In this document: one piece after another, positions 1-13,973 of the stretch
Layout of the letters: every line of letters begins with the position of its first letter
Position numbering within the stretch: position 1 is the first letter of the stretch
Assembly: GCA_965113315.1 (NCBI GenBank)
Contig: OZ220368.1
Strand: one strand, 5' to 3'
DNA length: 64,000 nucleotides
DNA from: Podarcis vaucheri
Taxonomy: Eukaryota
Position numbers and translations under genes: made by a program
The notes under the pieces: model-generated
What the model saw: the letters and a program-made list of their open reading frames with translations, nothing else
What the model was told of the DNA's origin: nothing
The model's database searches: none

Positions 1-140
1 GCACCCGGGGCAAGGCAAGTAATTTGCGCCCCCTAACCCTTGAATTTGCGCCCCCTAACCCGTGGATTTGAGCCCCCTAACCCCCAGATGTTGCGCCCAG
101 TGCGGCCGGCCCCCCCTGCACCCCCCACGCTACGCCACTG
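1..140. mobile_element. hAT-type MITE (truncated by the window edge), same family as 17667-17807
   Basis: Ends in TIR ...CACGCTACGCCACTG and is a near-identical reverse complement of 17667-17807, with one extra internal CCCCCTAACCC unit. Confidence 0.8.
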
Positions 141-1199
141 CCCTCTCCCCCCCCCCGCTGCTTACTCCAACGTTGTGGCTTTCTTGAGAGTAAGAGTAGC
201 GGATACACGAACCGCTGCGAACTCATTGCCCTGGTTATTTGTGCGTTGCTTTCCCAAATGACATCCCTTTTGTGTGCGCGCGTGTATATTTGTAGCCCCG
301 GGAAGATGCGTGTACCGAGGGGAGTGTGGGGATTATCTGGTGTCTATTCTTAGACGTGCAGCATGTCTTTCGCGGTGTGCCTCTGCAGATAGATCAGGAG
401 TGTCTGTTTACGGAAAGAGGTAGGTAGACCCAAGTATGTGCATATAAACGGGTACGAATAGGTGAGGGAGGTCTGGAGAAGTCAATCATGTATATATTTC
501 CCTGTGCAAAACGTATTTTCCCCAACTTTATCTCTTAATACGTATGCTGATGAACGGTATTGTGTATATAGCGCAGCACCTGTCTGGTCGTATCCTTCCT
601 TGTGAACCTGCCTCGATCTGCCTGGCAGCCCAGTCTCAAACTATATTCAGAGGTGAGGCATGGATCCGCTTGCCAATTCTTCCCCTGAGTTCAGCGGGAC
701 AGACTCCTAAGTGCATATTTCTTTCTAAGTCATGATTAGGATTTCAGCCTCCGAGTGCAATCCTAAAAACCCCTCGCTCCCTTATAAGCGAATAACTTAT
801 AAGTTAGCTTAAGTGAGTATGTTACTCACTTATAAATAACTAAATACCTCGGGGCCGATTTCTGGGTTGACAGACATGGAATCAGTCTGTTTATAAAACA
901 TGTGCCTACTCCGTCCATCTATGAAGCAGCAAAATGCACAGTTTGTGGGTTTGTCATGTGTGCGTATATATTACATATGTGTATATTAAGTTGCCAAGCG
1001 GGAAGCCTGCTGAGGAACACACGTTTTGTGTGTGCAAATGGCAAGGGTGATGTGTACCTTTTCAATGGGGCCGCCTCTAGAGAAGTCTCCGGACGCAATT
1101 GAAGGCTACGAACCTCATTACGCTTCCTTGAATTCCTCTGGCCTCCGTGGGCTCTGCAAATAAATAAATGCGTGTCAGAACGGGGTTTGTGCGTGTGAG

Positions 1200-4100
1200 A
1201 GAAATTGGGGCACTGTGCGCCCCAGAGTTAACAGCTGTCAAGCCCAGTTCATTTCAGTGGAGCTTCTAATAAGTCTTGTGTTTTACTCTCTTTTTGAAAA
1301 CTGCGGGACTTAAGAGCGTGGATCGTGTCCGCGCTCCTGTGTTGCCCATAACGATACTGAAAAGGCCCTCTCTCTCCCCTCCCTGGGTCTATATGACATT
1401 GCTGGCCAAGGAAACATTCAGCTTGGTTCCGGTCATATGAGCCGTTGTAGCCGCAGAGCGGCGGCTGTTTTGCCAGTATGGGCCTCCTGGCCTCCTGTGT
1501 CGCCTTCGCAGGATGCACAGATGCGTTATGGATAGATGCATGCACGCGTGCGTATGAACTGGTCACCCTCCTGTCTCTCTACGTTTGTGTGCACGTGTGA
1601 AGTCCCGAGAGAGAGGGTGCTGGAACAGATGTGCTCACGCGCCCTTTCCCCCCTGAACGCACAAACACGGGACCTGCCGCCGGCGTGTGGCAGAGGGCTG
1701 CGCATCTCTCTGTGTGCAGCCAGCAGGTGGTCGCGCATCTCCCGCTTGCTGTGCGCCCTCGCCTGCCCTTCCCGACTGCTGCTGCGCGCGTGGCACAAGT
1801 GCGCTACGCCGTGTTCTTCGCTGTTCCTTTCTCTTGCCCGCCGCTGCCTCTTGCTGCTATCCTTTGACTGCCTTGGCTGCTTTGGGCCGGTAAATCTACC
1901 TGGCTGCCTCGGAGGCTTTCGAAAGGGAGATCTTTAGTTTCAGAATTGAGCGCAGGGCAAGCAGCCCTCGACTTAGAGAAGGCTGACGCCGTATGTTTTG
2001 GCATCGCCCCGAAGCCAGTCTGGACTATGGAGAACCGAAGCCTGTTCATGCATACTCGGAAGTAAGGAAGCGCTCCATGGGCCTTAGTGTTCCCCCACCC
2101 CACGAAAATAATAATAACCCCCAGGGACTTCAATGCCGCCGCCATCCCCAAATCCGGTGAAACTGGGGGGCTGCGCTCCGGCACAATCCTATTCAAATCG
2201 ACAGTCTTAAGTGTAGCCTTAAGCTGGGGGCACTTACCTGTCTGCGTAATGGACCCATCCTGAGAGAGTACACTCATTTACATGAGGCCAAGAGAGTCTT
2301 TTTTTTAAAAGCCGAACGTTAATTTCCTAACAATTTCTGTCGGTAGGAACATTCCGTGGCTTCGATCCAGAAAACCTATTAACTAAGACGCGGGCATCGT
2401 GTTCTAAGCGGCGGGGATCCACGTGAGGCCCTGATCCGCATACCAGCCCAGCTAAGGCGGAGCAGGCTCCAGCCCACACACTTACTTGGGATCAAACCCC
2501 GTTGAACGCAGAGGGCCTTGCTTCCGCCTAAACTCACACGCAGAGCATTGGGCTGCTTTTGATTCCCTCTACGATGGCTTGATCTGCAATCATTCACGGC
2601 TCAACTTGCTTGCGGATAGTAGCCACGCGCGCAAACAATATGAGGCATTCCCGTTGCAAAGCGGGTTCTTGCTAGGCACAGCTTAAGGAACTGGCTTCCT
2701 AAAGGAACCAGAAAGCTAAGCAATTCCTTTAAGGCGGGCTTTGGGAGGAGTACAGCCGATACGCCCAAACCACGAGCCTTTCCAGTACAGACCCGACTGG
2801 AAAAAGCGGCTAGGATCCCTCTACCGCTCCAGGACCACAATCCTCAACTCCGCTACTTGAGAGTAAAACCCATTGAACACAATAACTTGCGAGTAAACGT
2901 GCATGCGCAGCCCAGTACCCGTGCCTGATTGAATACTCGGTTCCGCTGAGTGAAATGCGTAGAAAAATCCTAATGCGCATTTGGATACGCATCTTTGCTG
3001 AACTTGGCCTGCAGCCCAATTTGGACAACTGGGGAGCTGGATGAACCCCCGACCTGTCGTGTCAACTTAACACCCCTCGGAATGGAGCTTGCCCTTCCTC
3101 CAATATTGGGGGGGGGGCGCTACGGCGCAGCTACACGGGAATCCAACTTTAGATTTCCACCTAGAGAAGCCTACACCTTAAAAAAATGCGAATTGGGGAT
3201 GCGACAGCGCGTGGACGCAAACACTTAAATCCTATACTTTGCTATGTGGCTCTTCACCTTTGGCAAACTGGACTGTACCTCTTGCGGGAAAGAGCCTTAA
3301 ATTTGCTCTTTCGTCTGCGCCCCATTTATCCTCTTCGAGGACTTTCTCGCCCGCCGGTGGGCCACCGAGAATTATCTTTCGGTTAGGCTCCCGTCCCGTT
3401 TTTATTTCTTTCCGGAGCTGCTGCTCCTATTTTTCTAAAACCAAATTAAGGAAGGAAGGCAGGGCGGAAGGAAGGAAGGAAAGACGGGCTGACTGCATGC
3501 GGAAACATAGATCAGGAACTTGCTGCAAACCGTGTGCCCCAAATTTATAGCCTGGGTCACTGTTAGAGTATTTCTAATGGAGAGTCAATTGGTTTAATTC
3601 AATTAGGCCTAGAATATAACTCAGAAAGTCCGTTAAATTCCAATTATCTAACCGCTGGAGTGTGCGCGCGCGTGCGTCTGCATTCCCCCATTTCCCCCTT
3701 CCTTTCTTTCCATGTGTAGACAAACGTCAAAGTATTCATTTACATATTTATATCTCCCTGTTTTATCTCTCTCTGTCAACATTGGAATACGCAGAGGATT
3801 GCCCGCTCCTGGGCGGAGCTGGATGTGGTGTGCATTCAGTATTTTAGGTCGGCCCGCAAAAAAAAAAAACTATCCCGCCTCTAAATGCATTAAAAATAAA
3901 AGCACCATCTCTGCGCGCGCGGACGCAAAGGCCACAACCCGCGCAGAGCAAGGTGCTCTTAAGCCCATGGAAATCGGTGGAGATGATGCTATCTCTTTGC
4001 CGACTAGGCCTTCTCAGGTTCCCAGTTTGTTTGTTTATTCCTATAAATGTTTGGGCTGAAATCTCTATTCCATCTCGAAGTGCCCATGTTCTTCCTAATC

Positions 4101-7100
4101 CTTCCGATTTTTCTCTCGGGACTCTTTTTCCCCACGGGTTTTCTTCCTTTCCTCGATCCCATACATCCGATCGTGCGAATGCGTTCTTGCTTCCCTCCCC
4201 TCCTTTGCAAAGTCCCACCTGCCCAAATGCCTGCCGAGGAACTCTGGTCCCGGGACCCGAGTACACCTTCTCCCCTCTCTCTTTCCCAATTGATTCGACG
4301 AAGGAGGTCTCCTGATCCCGTCTGACTGGGGCGCACTTTTTTTAATGGAGGGTTTTTTTTTAAAGGCATCTTTTAATTTTTGTTGGAGCAGGTGGGGGAT
4401 TCCACCTAGGCGTTTCTGGAAAGAAGCAAAGGGCACCGCAAACGCTCGGAAGCTCTTTTCCTAATAGAGATGCGCAGGCGTTTAACCTGTTAAGGACGGC
4501 TGACTGCCGCCACCCGCCGCCACGTCTCCTTTTTCTGACTGCTCCCGTTTTGCGAGGCTCTGAGGACCCAGACGCCACTCAAATAAAGCACACTCCATTC
4601 TTTCCTCAGTATTGGGTGTGCCCCTCCACAGTCTCCTGTTTTTAAGAACAATTCTTCGCTCGGAGAATCTGTGGCAAAATGGCACTGCGCCTCTCACTTT
4701 ACCTTCACTAACGGTTTGCGTCGTCCTCTTTCCCTGCGCACCCCAATTTGGCTCATTTACCGTATTTCCAAAAAATGCAGGGGTTTCAACCCCACCCCTA
4801 GCAAACAGGCTAACGCGAAGGAAGGGAACGGATTTCCCTGGAAACCCAAGTTCCCAGGATAGACGGTGGTTCGAAGTCGAAGTGTGTTGTCAATTTCAAG
4901 TCAGTTGAGGAGAGAGAGGCGTTTTCTTTTTGTTTTGTTTTAAGGCAACTCTTTTCTCTGAACGGTTGACTAACCCATCACCTTTTCCGCAGTGATCCAG
5001 TCTGGAATTCACAGCCTCTTTAAAGTGGATGGGCTGTACCCGGATTAATAGGACGCAAATCGAATTAAATCCACGTTAGTTCGGATAACGTGGTGGTTTC
5101 GGATTCAAGCTATAAAATGCGCCTTCTTTTCCTTTTAGAAGTCTTCCTTCCTTCCCTCCCACCCCGACTCCCAATTCAGATTTCCCCACCCAGAAAATCG
5201 AATCTGGATTTGAGTGAAATTTGAGATAAGCTGAGAGGGTTCGGTTGCCCGTGCTTTGGTTCCCCCTCTCCAATGGTTTTGCGCTTTCTGGTTGTTCTTA
5301 CTAGGGGAAAACGAGGCAGGGTGCTGGGGGCCAGGAGCGGGAAAGATCCATGGTGTGATAGGTACGAAGAAGGTGCGGGTCTTGCTCCGATTCTCGGCTG
5401 TGACTTGATCCGATTTCTTTGTCGAGTGAATTCATTCTCTCTCCTGGGGACCGTAAGGAGAGAAACGAAGTCACCTCTTATCATGGGGATATATCCCTGG
5501 CCTCCTCTCTGTCTTTTCTCGGCCTTCTCCAATTCACTCAAGGCGGGGAAGCGTCGTTCTCTGTCAACGTCCCTACCTCGCTTGCACCACGAGAGACTTC
5601 GGTTTCCTGACCGGACTGGAGCCGCCTTTCCTTTGGGAGGGGGCGGGCGGAGAGGGTGAACTGGGTAGCCCGACCCCCCCCCCCCCATCCCTCGAGACTG
5701 ACTGGGCTGTGATGGGGAATATCTATGTTGTTGCGTCCAGCAGCAAATCCTCTTTTCCCCACCGTGTCGAAATGTAACTTGAGTATGGAACCTCGGCGCA
5801 GAGGGGAGCCCAGATCTGGACCCAAAGGGGGTTGGTTGCAAGGTGTGTGTGTGTGTTCCTTTCCCTTCCTTGGATTTGAGGAGACAGGAACTCGCCCTCG
5901 TCGCCGGTTGCCGAGCGAAAGGCGACGCTTTGGGCTAAGAACGAAAAGACAGGTTTTCTAAATTCGGAGTGGCAAGCCCCGATTTCTCTCGCCTCCTTTG
6001 TCCGCACCGCTGATGTTTTCCATATCAAGGAGTTTTCTCTTCCCGAAATGGGGTTAGAATTTTACGCAGCCTGCCTATGCACACAGGCACGAGAATTGTG
6101 CGACAGTGATTATATATTATAATGCATTTTATGAATGTGGTTTTGTATAAAACCGTTTTTAGCATGCCCTGCGCGTCACCATTCGTATACCACGTAGTGC
6201 AAACAGTTTCCTGATCACTAAACACCTAAAAGTAATTGAAAGGAGCAAGTAAATAACCAAAAGGGGGGGGGGGGAGAGAGACAGATAAACAGGAAGGGAG
6301 AGGGGAGGGGTAAAAGTGCGGAGGGAGAGGCGGAGGATAGAAAATTTAAAGAGGATTTTGCGTGGGCTATAGAAATACAAGCTTCTGGATAATATGCAAA
6401 TAATTTGAATCTTAAGCTCGGATGGTAATGCGCATTTTCTGCGGCGCTTATATTATTTTCTGTGACGCTTGCGCAGGAGAAAGGGCAGGTGCGCTGCGTC
6501 TTTCGCAGGTGTGGGAAGCGTGCTTAACCGCAGATTAGGCAGATGAAATGGTTAAGTGGCCCGTGTGGGGAAGTGTCCTCAGGGTTCCTTGTTTTCAAGT
6601 GTCTGTACCCAGAGGGGCACGGAGACTGTGGTCGAGAGGTGGGGGGCTGAATGTTTGCGCCCCATCGATTTGCTGTCGTGATGGGACCAAGCCCTGGCAA
6701 GCAGCGGCCTCTGGAGATGCAGGTTTTCTCGCGGTCTTGTTTGCGCGCCAGAGCGCGGGCGCCTTTTCCGACGCTCGGCTTTAATCTCTTTGCGCGCTTT
6801 CCAGAGATCTGTCGCGGATTCCCACTTTCCGCGCGCGCGTAGCTGGGGACAGACAAATAACCCTTTCTTCCCCCTTTACCCTAACTTCCGCTGCCTTCTG
6901 CGTGAACATCAGCCGCTCCTGTTGGAGTCTGTCAGGAAATAAGCCAAACAGGACTTCAGACCATAAACAAAATACAAACACTCGATTTTGCATTTAAGGG
7001 CATTTTGTTATTTTACATCTAGGGACATTTTAAATTCCGTTTAACTGCACCTCTTCTACACTGATGAGCGAAGAAAAAACAAATTACTGACACCGACTTA

Positions 7101-8900
7101 AATGGTCTGGGTGTCTCTGTTCTGCCGTGATTTTTGATGGCCCCCTCACTCCTTGTCCGGCGCGGGGGGGAGGGGGGAGAGAACAAAGCATTCCTGCATT
7201 TTTAAAATCTCCAGAAAATCAGCAGCCTCTTGCATTTTCGAACCACTAATTTAAAGACACAAAAATGACGGTTTCCTCACTTTCTTTTACTCGTTTTTTT
7301 AATACAGTTGCTGGGTTTTTGTGTGTGTGTTTTCTACAGCTCCAACAAAAATACAGCCACCATTCTTCCGCCCACTCCCTCCAGTTGAGACAAATAGAAA
7401 ACCATCTATAAAGTGGAAAACAACAACTTTCATTGCATTCTGTTGCTTAAAGCAAATCTCTGCTTGGCTGCTTGCCTTGTTGAAGTGGGGGAGGGGGGTG
7501 GTGGCCGGATCCTAGGAAAGCAAAAGGCACCGGGGACCCCTTTTTTGTTTTTTTTGGGTACCTACCTTCTTCGTCATTTTGGAAGCTCAGTGGAGAGAGA
7601 GGACGAAGAGACCCTCCAGTTTTGATCTCTCCTTCGGAATCTGCGTGGCTCCCACCCCCGTTTTCTTTCCCGTGGTGGGATCCCCTAGGGAGGGAGTGTG
7701 CTCTCCTAATTCCATTATATCAACTGGAGGAAAACTCGTTCTCCAGCGCCCTCCCTCTCTCCCTTCCCGTGCAATGTACTGCGCCGCAGGCAGCAGCCTC
7801 GCGTCTCCCTTCGCGGGTATGTCTTCCCTTTCCAAGTACTGCGTCTTGTATAAGTGGATCTTGCCACCGGTGGGCGAGCAAATTGTCGCCCTAAGGCATC
7901 CCAGGCGCAGACCGGATTTCAAGCCGTTTGTTCCCAACCTTTCCCTGGAAAAACTGCGAGGTAAATAACGACAGCCTCCTCCTCCTCCCGTTGTTCCTGG
8001 GCGATGATGTGAGTCCCAGCTTTGGGCCAGGTGGCTGCTGCGACAACGTGGTCGCAGGAAAAGGATCCTCAGTGGATCGCCAGAACAAGGTCCCTAACCT
8101 GAGGTCTTGGACGCAAAATAACTAGGACGCTTTTGTTGGCCACAACTCCAAGAAACTTAGTTTTTGCGGCACTCCAAAGCCGGCGTGGAACTGCATTAAA
8201 CGGAATTAATTCGCATCACCTCCGCTCGCTTAGCGTTGCACCTGGCTGTTGGGGACTGAGACGATGTTTAGCCTTCCCCATCCCCTGGCCCAGCCGTCCC
8301 CAGGGTTGCTATGTATACCCAGAGCATTTTCGCTTTATTTTGTGATATTTCCCCATTAAATTTATTCTTGTTTCGGCAAAGGGAATGAGTGGGGAAAGTT
8401 GCACAGCGCCAGCTTTTGAGGAAAATTAAGAAAGATTGCTCTCCCCTCCGCGCATCGTAGATGTGAAAATAATAACCTATGATTTGTGGTTTAGGAGAGA
8501 GATTGCTGATGGTGGTCTTAATGTAGACACCCATCATCACACCAGGGTCATCACACCAGGTGCGCAGGTTTTGAAGGTTGCATTGTGTGGTTGGTGTTCT
8601 TAAAAAGAAAAGAAAAAACGGTGTGTGTCCATAGGCCATGGGAAGCAAAGACTCTCTCGAACCACTTTCAGCTCTCGTAGAAATTATCTTTTGTCTCTGG
8701 TGGTTTCCTATCAAATGCGCCTCTAACCTCGAAAGGTTCTGGAACCCGAATCCGTGTAAAAGGCAGCATTTTGTGATGTTTTTGGCAGAGCACAGCGCAG
8801 CTCTGTTCGTGCCTGCTCAGAAGCAAGCCTCACTGAGTTGAATGGGGCTTACTCCCAGGCAAACAGGCATAGCGTTGCAGCCTTTAACTCCCACTGCGAA
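1200..8900. promoter_or_regulatory. Extended CpG-island-like, TE-depleted region (5' region / proximal intron 1 of LHX4)
   Basis: High CpG density (many CGCG/GCGC runs) and no recognisable young SINE or LINE, in contrast to the rest of the window. Typical of developmental transcription-factor loci. Boundaries approximate. Confidence 0.7.
7774..7960 (+). CDS. Candidate alternative first coding exon of LHX4 (donor at 7816 or 7960)
   Basis: ATG at 7774 (G at -3) inside the CpG island. Two phase-1 donors, CGG|GTATGT (after 7816) and GAG|GTAAAT (after 7960), both join in frame to exon 2, giving ...SPFA-E-IPQC or ...LEKLR-E-IPQC. No transcript evidence. Confidence 0.4.
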
Positions 8901-11900
8901 GGGTAAAATCTTCGGGAAACTCCTGATCCGCTTTTCCCATGCGCTGAATTTCTATGGCAATATCGCATAGCAGAAATTAAATCAATGCAACGTTGCTATT
9001 GTTGTTTTCCGTGGTTTTAAAAGGGCAGAAATTTAGAGCATGTCTTTTTCAGATCACTGAAGAGATCCTTTTCTATACATCTCTTGAGCCCACTCTGGGC
9101 TTCTCTGAATTCGTGTGCTCTAGCCCGATATTCAGTGCGCGATCCAGCCAAAGTTAATGGGAGTCCCACCGATTTTAACGAGAGAGAAACCACCACGTTC
9201 TTAACTTCTGGATTGAAATAAACGAAATTCACGGTTTAATGGCTTGGTCATGTATACTAATTGTTGCTATTTATTATTATTTTTTGTCACATAACCACTT
9301 TACTACAATTTGCTTCAAAACAATGAAAAACAGCGTTGACACACGTTATTTAAAGCCCTTGCAAAATTTGCTGAAATGAGCACTTTGTATGTAGGTTTGT
9401 GCTGCAATTTTTGCTTGCCTCCTTTTCCTTTACCCCCTTGCTTTTAAAACATCGGGGGGTGTGTGTATGTGTTTTTAAAAAACGACAGCACAGTTCTAAC
9501 CCCTTGTTATCTTGCTCTCCTCCTTTGAAACATGCAGGATTCAAATCCATTATCAGACGCCCATCTCCTCTCTATTCCAGAAAAGCCTGCCCTGGTTCAA
9601 ATAACCAAAATATGCAGGAGTAAAATGAAAATAAACAAATAAATAGATAGATACTGATGAAAGGCACATTATCCAGCCGTTGGTATGGGGATTTGTCCCT
9701 TTGTTCCCAGTACAGAGAGTAGGAGGCACACTAGGCGAGAAAAGATAATTTAAACTTTAAATTTTTCTATGCTTTAAAGTTTCAGTGACACAGCCATTTA
9801 ATGTACAATAATTTTTTTTAAAAAAATTGGTGTATCTGGAAAGACTTACACATTAGCCTTAGAAGAAACCAGTCCAGTACAAGGTAACAGCTTAGCAATT
9901 TTATATCCTCTCGTGTGTGTGTTTGTGTGTGTGTGTGTGTGTGAATCAAAATTCTGAGTATATATAGTATTCACTTTTGAATTCTGGAGAATGAATTTGC
10001 TTCATTACCTCTAAATGTGAATATGAACAGCAGCATTTATATATGCCTTCGAGAGGTAATAAATAACAATATACATTTTGCTAAGTTACTGAGCTTTCAG
10101 TATTGCAGCAATTTTACAAAAGGCAACTAAGGTTAAGAGGCAGTGAATTAATCACTCAGTGGGTCTATGGTGGAGATTAAATTTGGACTGGGATCCCTCT
10201 TAGCTTAGCACTCCAGGTACTGAATCACATTCTTTAACACTGCAGTTTTGAAAAATAGCGCACTTCTATCTTAGTGGACCACAACTATATAGGAAAATCA
10301 ACTTGAAATTGTTTGACTGTTGTGACATTTCTCTCCAAGCAATATTGGGATTATTATAGCTGAGCATAGGGTGGGAGGGACGTAGGTTGTCTCCCCAACA
10401 TAGGACTCCTATCTCTTTTGCAAAAGTATGATTACTAGGCTCTCTTGAAGAGCAGCAATATGCAGTGAAAATATCAAGAATGTTGGACAAATGCGTCTGT
10501 TTGGGACCCTAGGGCCAAGGAACAGGGTAGTCGTTCTGTTTATTGTGGATGCGGGGACATGCGTGCCAAGGACAAACTTTTAGGATTAAGCCATGGAAGT
10601 GTTTATTTAACCTGGTTTTGTCAAAGCATTGCCTGTTGTGTTTAATATCTTAAAGGCTTTTCATGCTTGGTTCTGTTCTTGGACTATGTTCTGAAACATT
10701 GCTTTTATGCACACATGTGTCTTCTTCAGAGGTGCATTGTTGTAACTTTTGAAGAGTTACTTGCATGCCTGTTTCTCTACTGAGACTTCCATAAATTGGA
10801 GCTGATTTGTTGTGGCTGCAGATTGTGTTTGTGGTGGGACAGGGGTTGCGGGAGCACAGCTTTCCACAGGGCTATTCCAGGTTCCTTCCCTAAATGTTCA
10901 GCTTCAATTAAACAAAGCTATGGACATAGCATTCTAGCCCAGGGCTCACCAATGCAGTGCTCTCCCAGGTGGTGCTAGAATCCAGCTCCCCTCTGTCTCA
11001 TCCAACATGGTCAATTGTTGGGGATGATGGGCGTTGATATTCAGCAACCTCTGAAGGTCACCAGTTTGGCTCTCCCTATTCTAGGTCCTGCTGCTGTTTT
11101 AAGACAATAAAAGGGGGTGTTCCCATGTTCTGACAAATGAGCAAAAAGCTCATTTGAAGCAGAAATGCTGTGTACTTTAAAAATGATTAAATTAAATGTA
11201 CATTTTTTAAAAAAAATTAAAATTACGGGATAACTTTTAAAATGCAACGCATATTACCTTACATTTTAAAATATTTTAAATATAAGAAAGAATTAGGAAA
11301 CCCTGGTAGCTAACAATAAAAAAGCAATCCATATTCACCTATGTTGTGTGTAGGTTTTCTTGGGCTTTGGCTTAAGGTTCCTCTCCTGCCCTACATCACC
11401 AAAATGGGAACTAGATTTTTGGATGAAAGGCAGAATAAAATAAAATGCACACATAACAAATATAAATTTAAGGAACCACGGGCAATCAGAATACATGGGT
11501 CTCAAAATGCATACCTCTCAGGGATATAGACTGCTATTTTGCAAAGGAAGGAAACAAAAAAAACAACAACCCACCTCCCTAAAATACTTGATTTTCATTG
11601 TGTTGAAGTGGCACCAGCTGTTTTTTTTTATTCAAAGTACTTTAAATCACACCATGTTCTAGTAACTTTACACCAAATTAAACTGCTCAATGGGACCTTT
11701 AATCACGTTTGTTGCTGTAAAAAAATATATACTTAGATTTAGTTTCAGGGCTAGCCCATTTTGGTGTGGTGAAAAATCCCAACGACATCTTTCCTGCTTC
11801 CACTAATTAGCGTGAGGCACAATCCATAAGGGATGCTCTCCTGTGCTGGTCTGCTTGAAATGAACAGCATCTGGGGAAACTGTTGCCTTGCAGCACGATC

Positions 11901-12717
11901 CTAAATGCTTTCACCAACATGATCTTGGCCAGCCTTGGCCAACCTGGTCCCCTCCATATGTGTTGGACTACAACTTCCTTTAGCCCCACGGATGGCAGCT
12001 GTAGTACAAGACCTGCAGGGCACCACATTGGTGATGGCTGATCCTGGCAAACACCAAAACACTTCACTGAGGCTTGTGGAACTTCCCAGGGCATTGTGTA
12101 TCAGAGGCTGATCGCCCTCTTTGCTACTCTTGATGGCCAGGGGGTAGTGTTTTGGGTTCCCATGAGGGCAGGGAAGAGGTTTCATTATGTGCATTGGGTG
12201 GTGGTGGTGATGTGTGTGTATGGAAAGAGTCACTGCAAGGTTTGGAAGCCTGTTAGAACTCCATTTTATACAAACACCTCCCAAAAATAGTAAGGAGCGA
12301 AGTGTAGTAGGAAATATTTCTCACATTGGTAGTTCAGGCTATCTGTTGTTACTTTCTTCTAACATAAATAACTAATATAAAGATATATTTAACTGCTGCA
12401 ATATGACCTGAAATATAGGGAAAGGAAGGGAACGGTGACACCCATTGCTCCACCCTAAGAGACCTGTGTTAATGGCGCCTCAAATCTACTGTCTGCTGTA
12501 GGCTCACCTCCGTTCAGTTCTATTTAGTCATTCTGCGCATGTAACACCTTCTGTGCATAGTGTTTTCAAGGAAATAAAACATGCACCAGAAAACACTTTT
12601 TGTGTATAGCTATATAGCTAAATAAAGCCTGTCCTTTATTAGCGTGGTGTGAGGGCCCTCTTTCAGACTTCTAGAGTTAGGAGGATCAGTCCTGCTTGGA
12701 AAGGTATCAATGAAATT

Positions 12718-12770
<53 letters not shown>

Positions 12771-12880
12771 TTTTATTTATATCCCGCCCTCCCCAGCCGA
12801 AGCTGGGCTCAGGGCGGCTAACAACAATAAAACAGTACAAAAGTACAGCACAAACAACACTCTAAAATCATTCATTATAA
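12718..12880 (-). mobile_element. Short L2 3' end with an expanded (TAA)n tail
   Basis: CCCGCCCTCCCCAGCC...GGGCTCAGGGCGGCTAACAA is shared with the 37430 element. (ATA)n at 12719-12770. Confidence 0.7.
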
Positions 12881-13720
12881 AAGCATGGAACAATGACTTT
12901 TGAGGTCCCTTCCAACCCTTTAATTCTATGTTTCTGTGATTAGGGACAGTTCACAAAAGGATGCAGAGAAACCTGTGGGTTTCCTGCATTTTGCCACTAT
13001 TGGGATATATTAGTTGCCACTAATATTGCATTTAGCACTTTTAATCCAGGAGCAAGGGAGGCAATCTAATAAATGAAGCACCGCTGACTGACACTTACAA
13101 ATGGCAAGCATTTCACCAATGTTCCCATGATTATTCCCTTTGACTATGGTGAGGCAGCTAAACCATCTTATTAGTGGCATGTGAATCGGAGTCCTGGAAA
13201 TTCTGATAGAACCCCAAATGCCTCCTATGATTTGCTGGCATAATTCAGAATCGTGCTGCCTTGCTCTGCCAATACAATCAGCAAAATAAAGAGTGCTAGA
13301 ACCAGCTTTCTTGAATGCCTGTCTATCTTTAGGACCAATTCAATTTATAACTGGATATTCCTGAGGTTTAGACATGTTAATCTGTGGCAGTGAAATCAAC
13401 AAAGAGTATTGCAGCGCCATAAAGATTAGCAGAAATTGTGGCATACAATTTCATGTCCCAGAGCTTGTTTCATAAGATTTATCAATTTGCGGGATATACA
13501 TGGCCACATGTGTGAACACTGAGATGAAGAGACCATGAAATAGAAAAGATACAGCAGGCCTCTGATATTTATATGTGGATTTATGTGTTTGTTGTTTGTG
13601 TGTATTTATACATAGTAAGATCAGTGAGCATCTATAACAATAGTCACTGGGCAGAACTCATTCTTTCTATATTACCTGTAGTGGAAGAAAAAAGCCCTGC
13701 TCTTGAGTAAAACCCAAATG

Positions 13721-13893
13721 CAGTGCTTTTTATGGGGGTACGCGGGGGTACGCATACCCTAAATATTGTGTAAATCTTTGTACTTTTCCATTTACTGTAT
13801 TTATTTTCCCCTATTTGAACTATAAAAAGGTAATTTTCTTTAGTCAAAATGAGAGCACCCATAAACATTTTTAAAGGGGGGGAAAAGGCACTG
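13721..13893. mobile_element. hAT-type MITE
   Basis: TIRs CAGTGCTTTT / AAAAGGCACTG. The 8-bp TSD is degenerate. Confidence 0.55.
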
Positions 13894-13973
13894 CCTAGAA
13901 GATGAATAGAACCAAATTTGCTGCTATTGTTGTTTCTGCCCCAGAATGAGAAGGTCAAAAAGCCATTCTTTGT

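Noticed and set aside
4606-4636. SVLGVPLH resembles the canonical LHX4 exon-1 ending (MLGVPMQ)
   Set aside because: There is no upstream MMQS...KGLPE sequence and only a poor donor (GTCTCC). Most likely chance similarity.
5995-6016. RE1/NRSE-like site on the minus strand (TCAGCGGTGCGGACA)
   Set aside because: Four mismatches across the ACC core and spacer. Too weak to call.
1249-8841. Numerous 60-220 aa ORFs in the GC-rich region
   Set aside because: No recognisable domains. Overlapping ORFs on both strands are expected from low stop-codon density in CpG islands.
12649-12903. Poly-Ile ORF (also poly-Ile/Leu ORFs near 47104-47335)
   Set aside because: These are translations of (ATA/TTA)n microsatellites.
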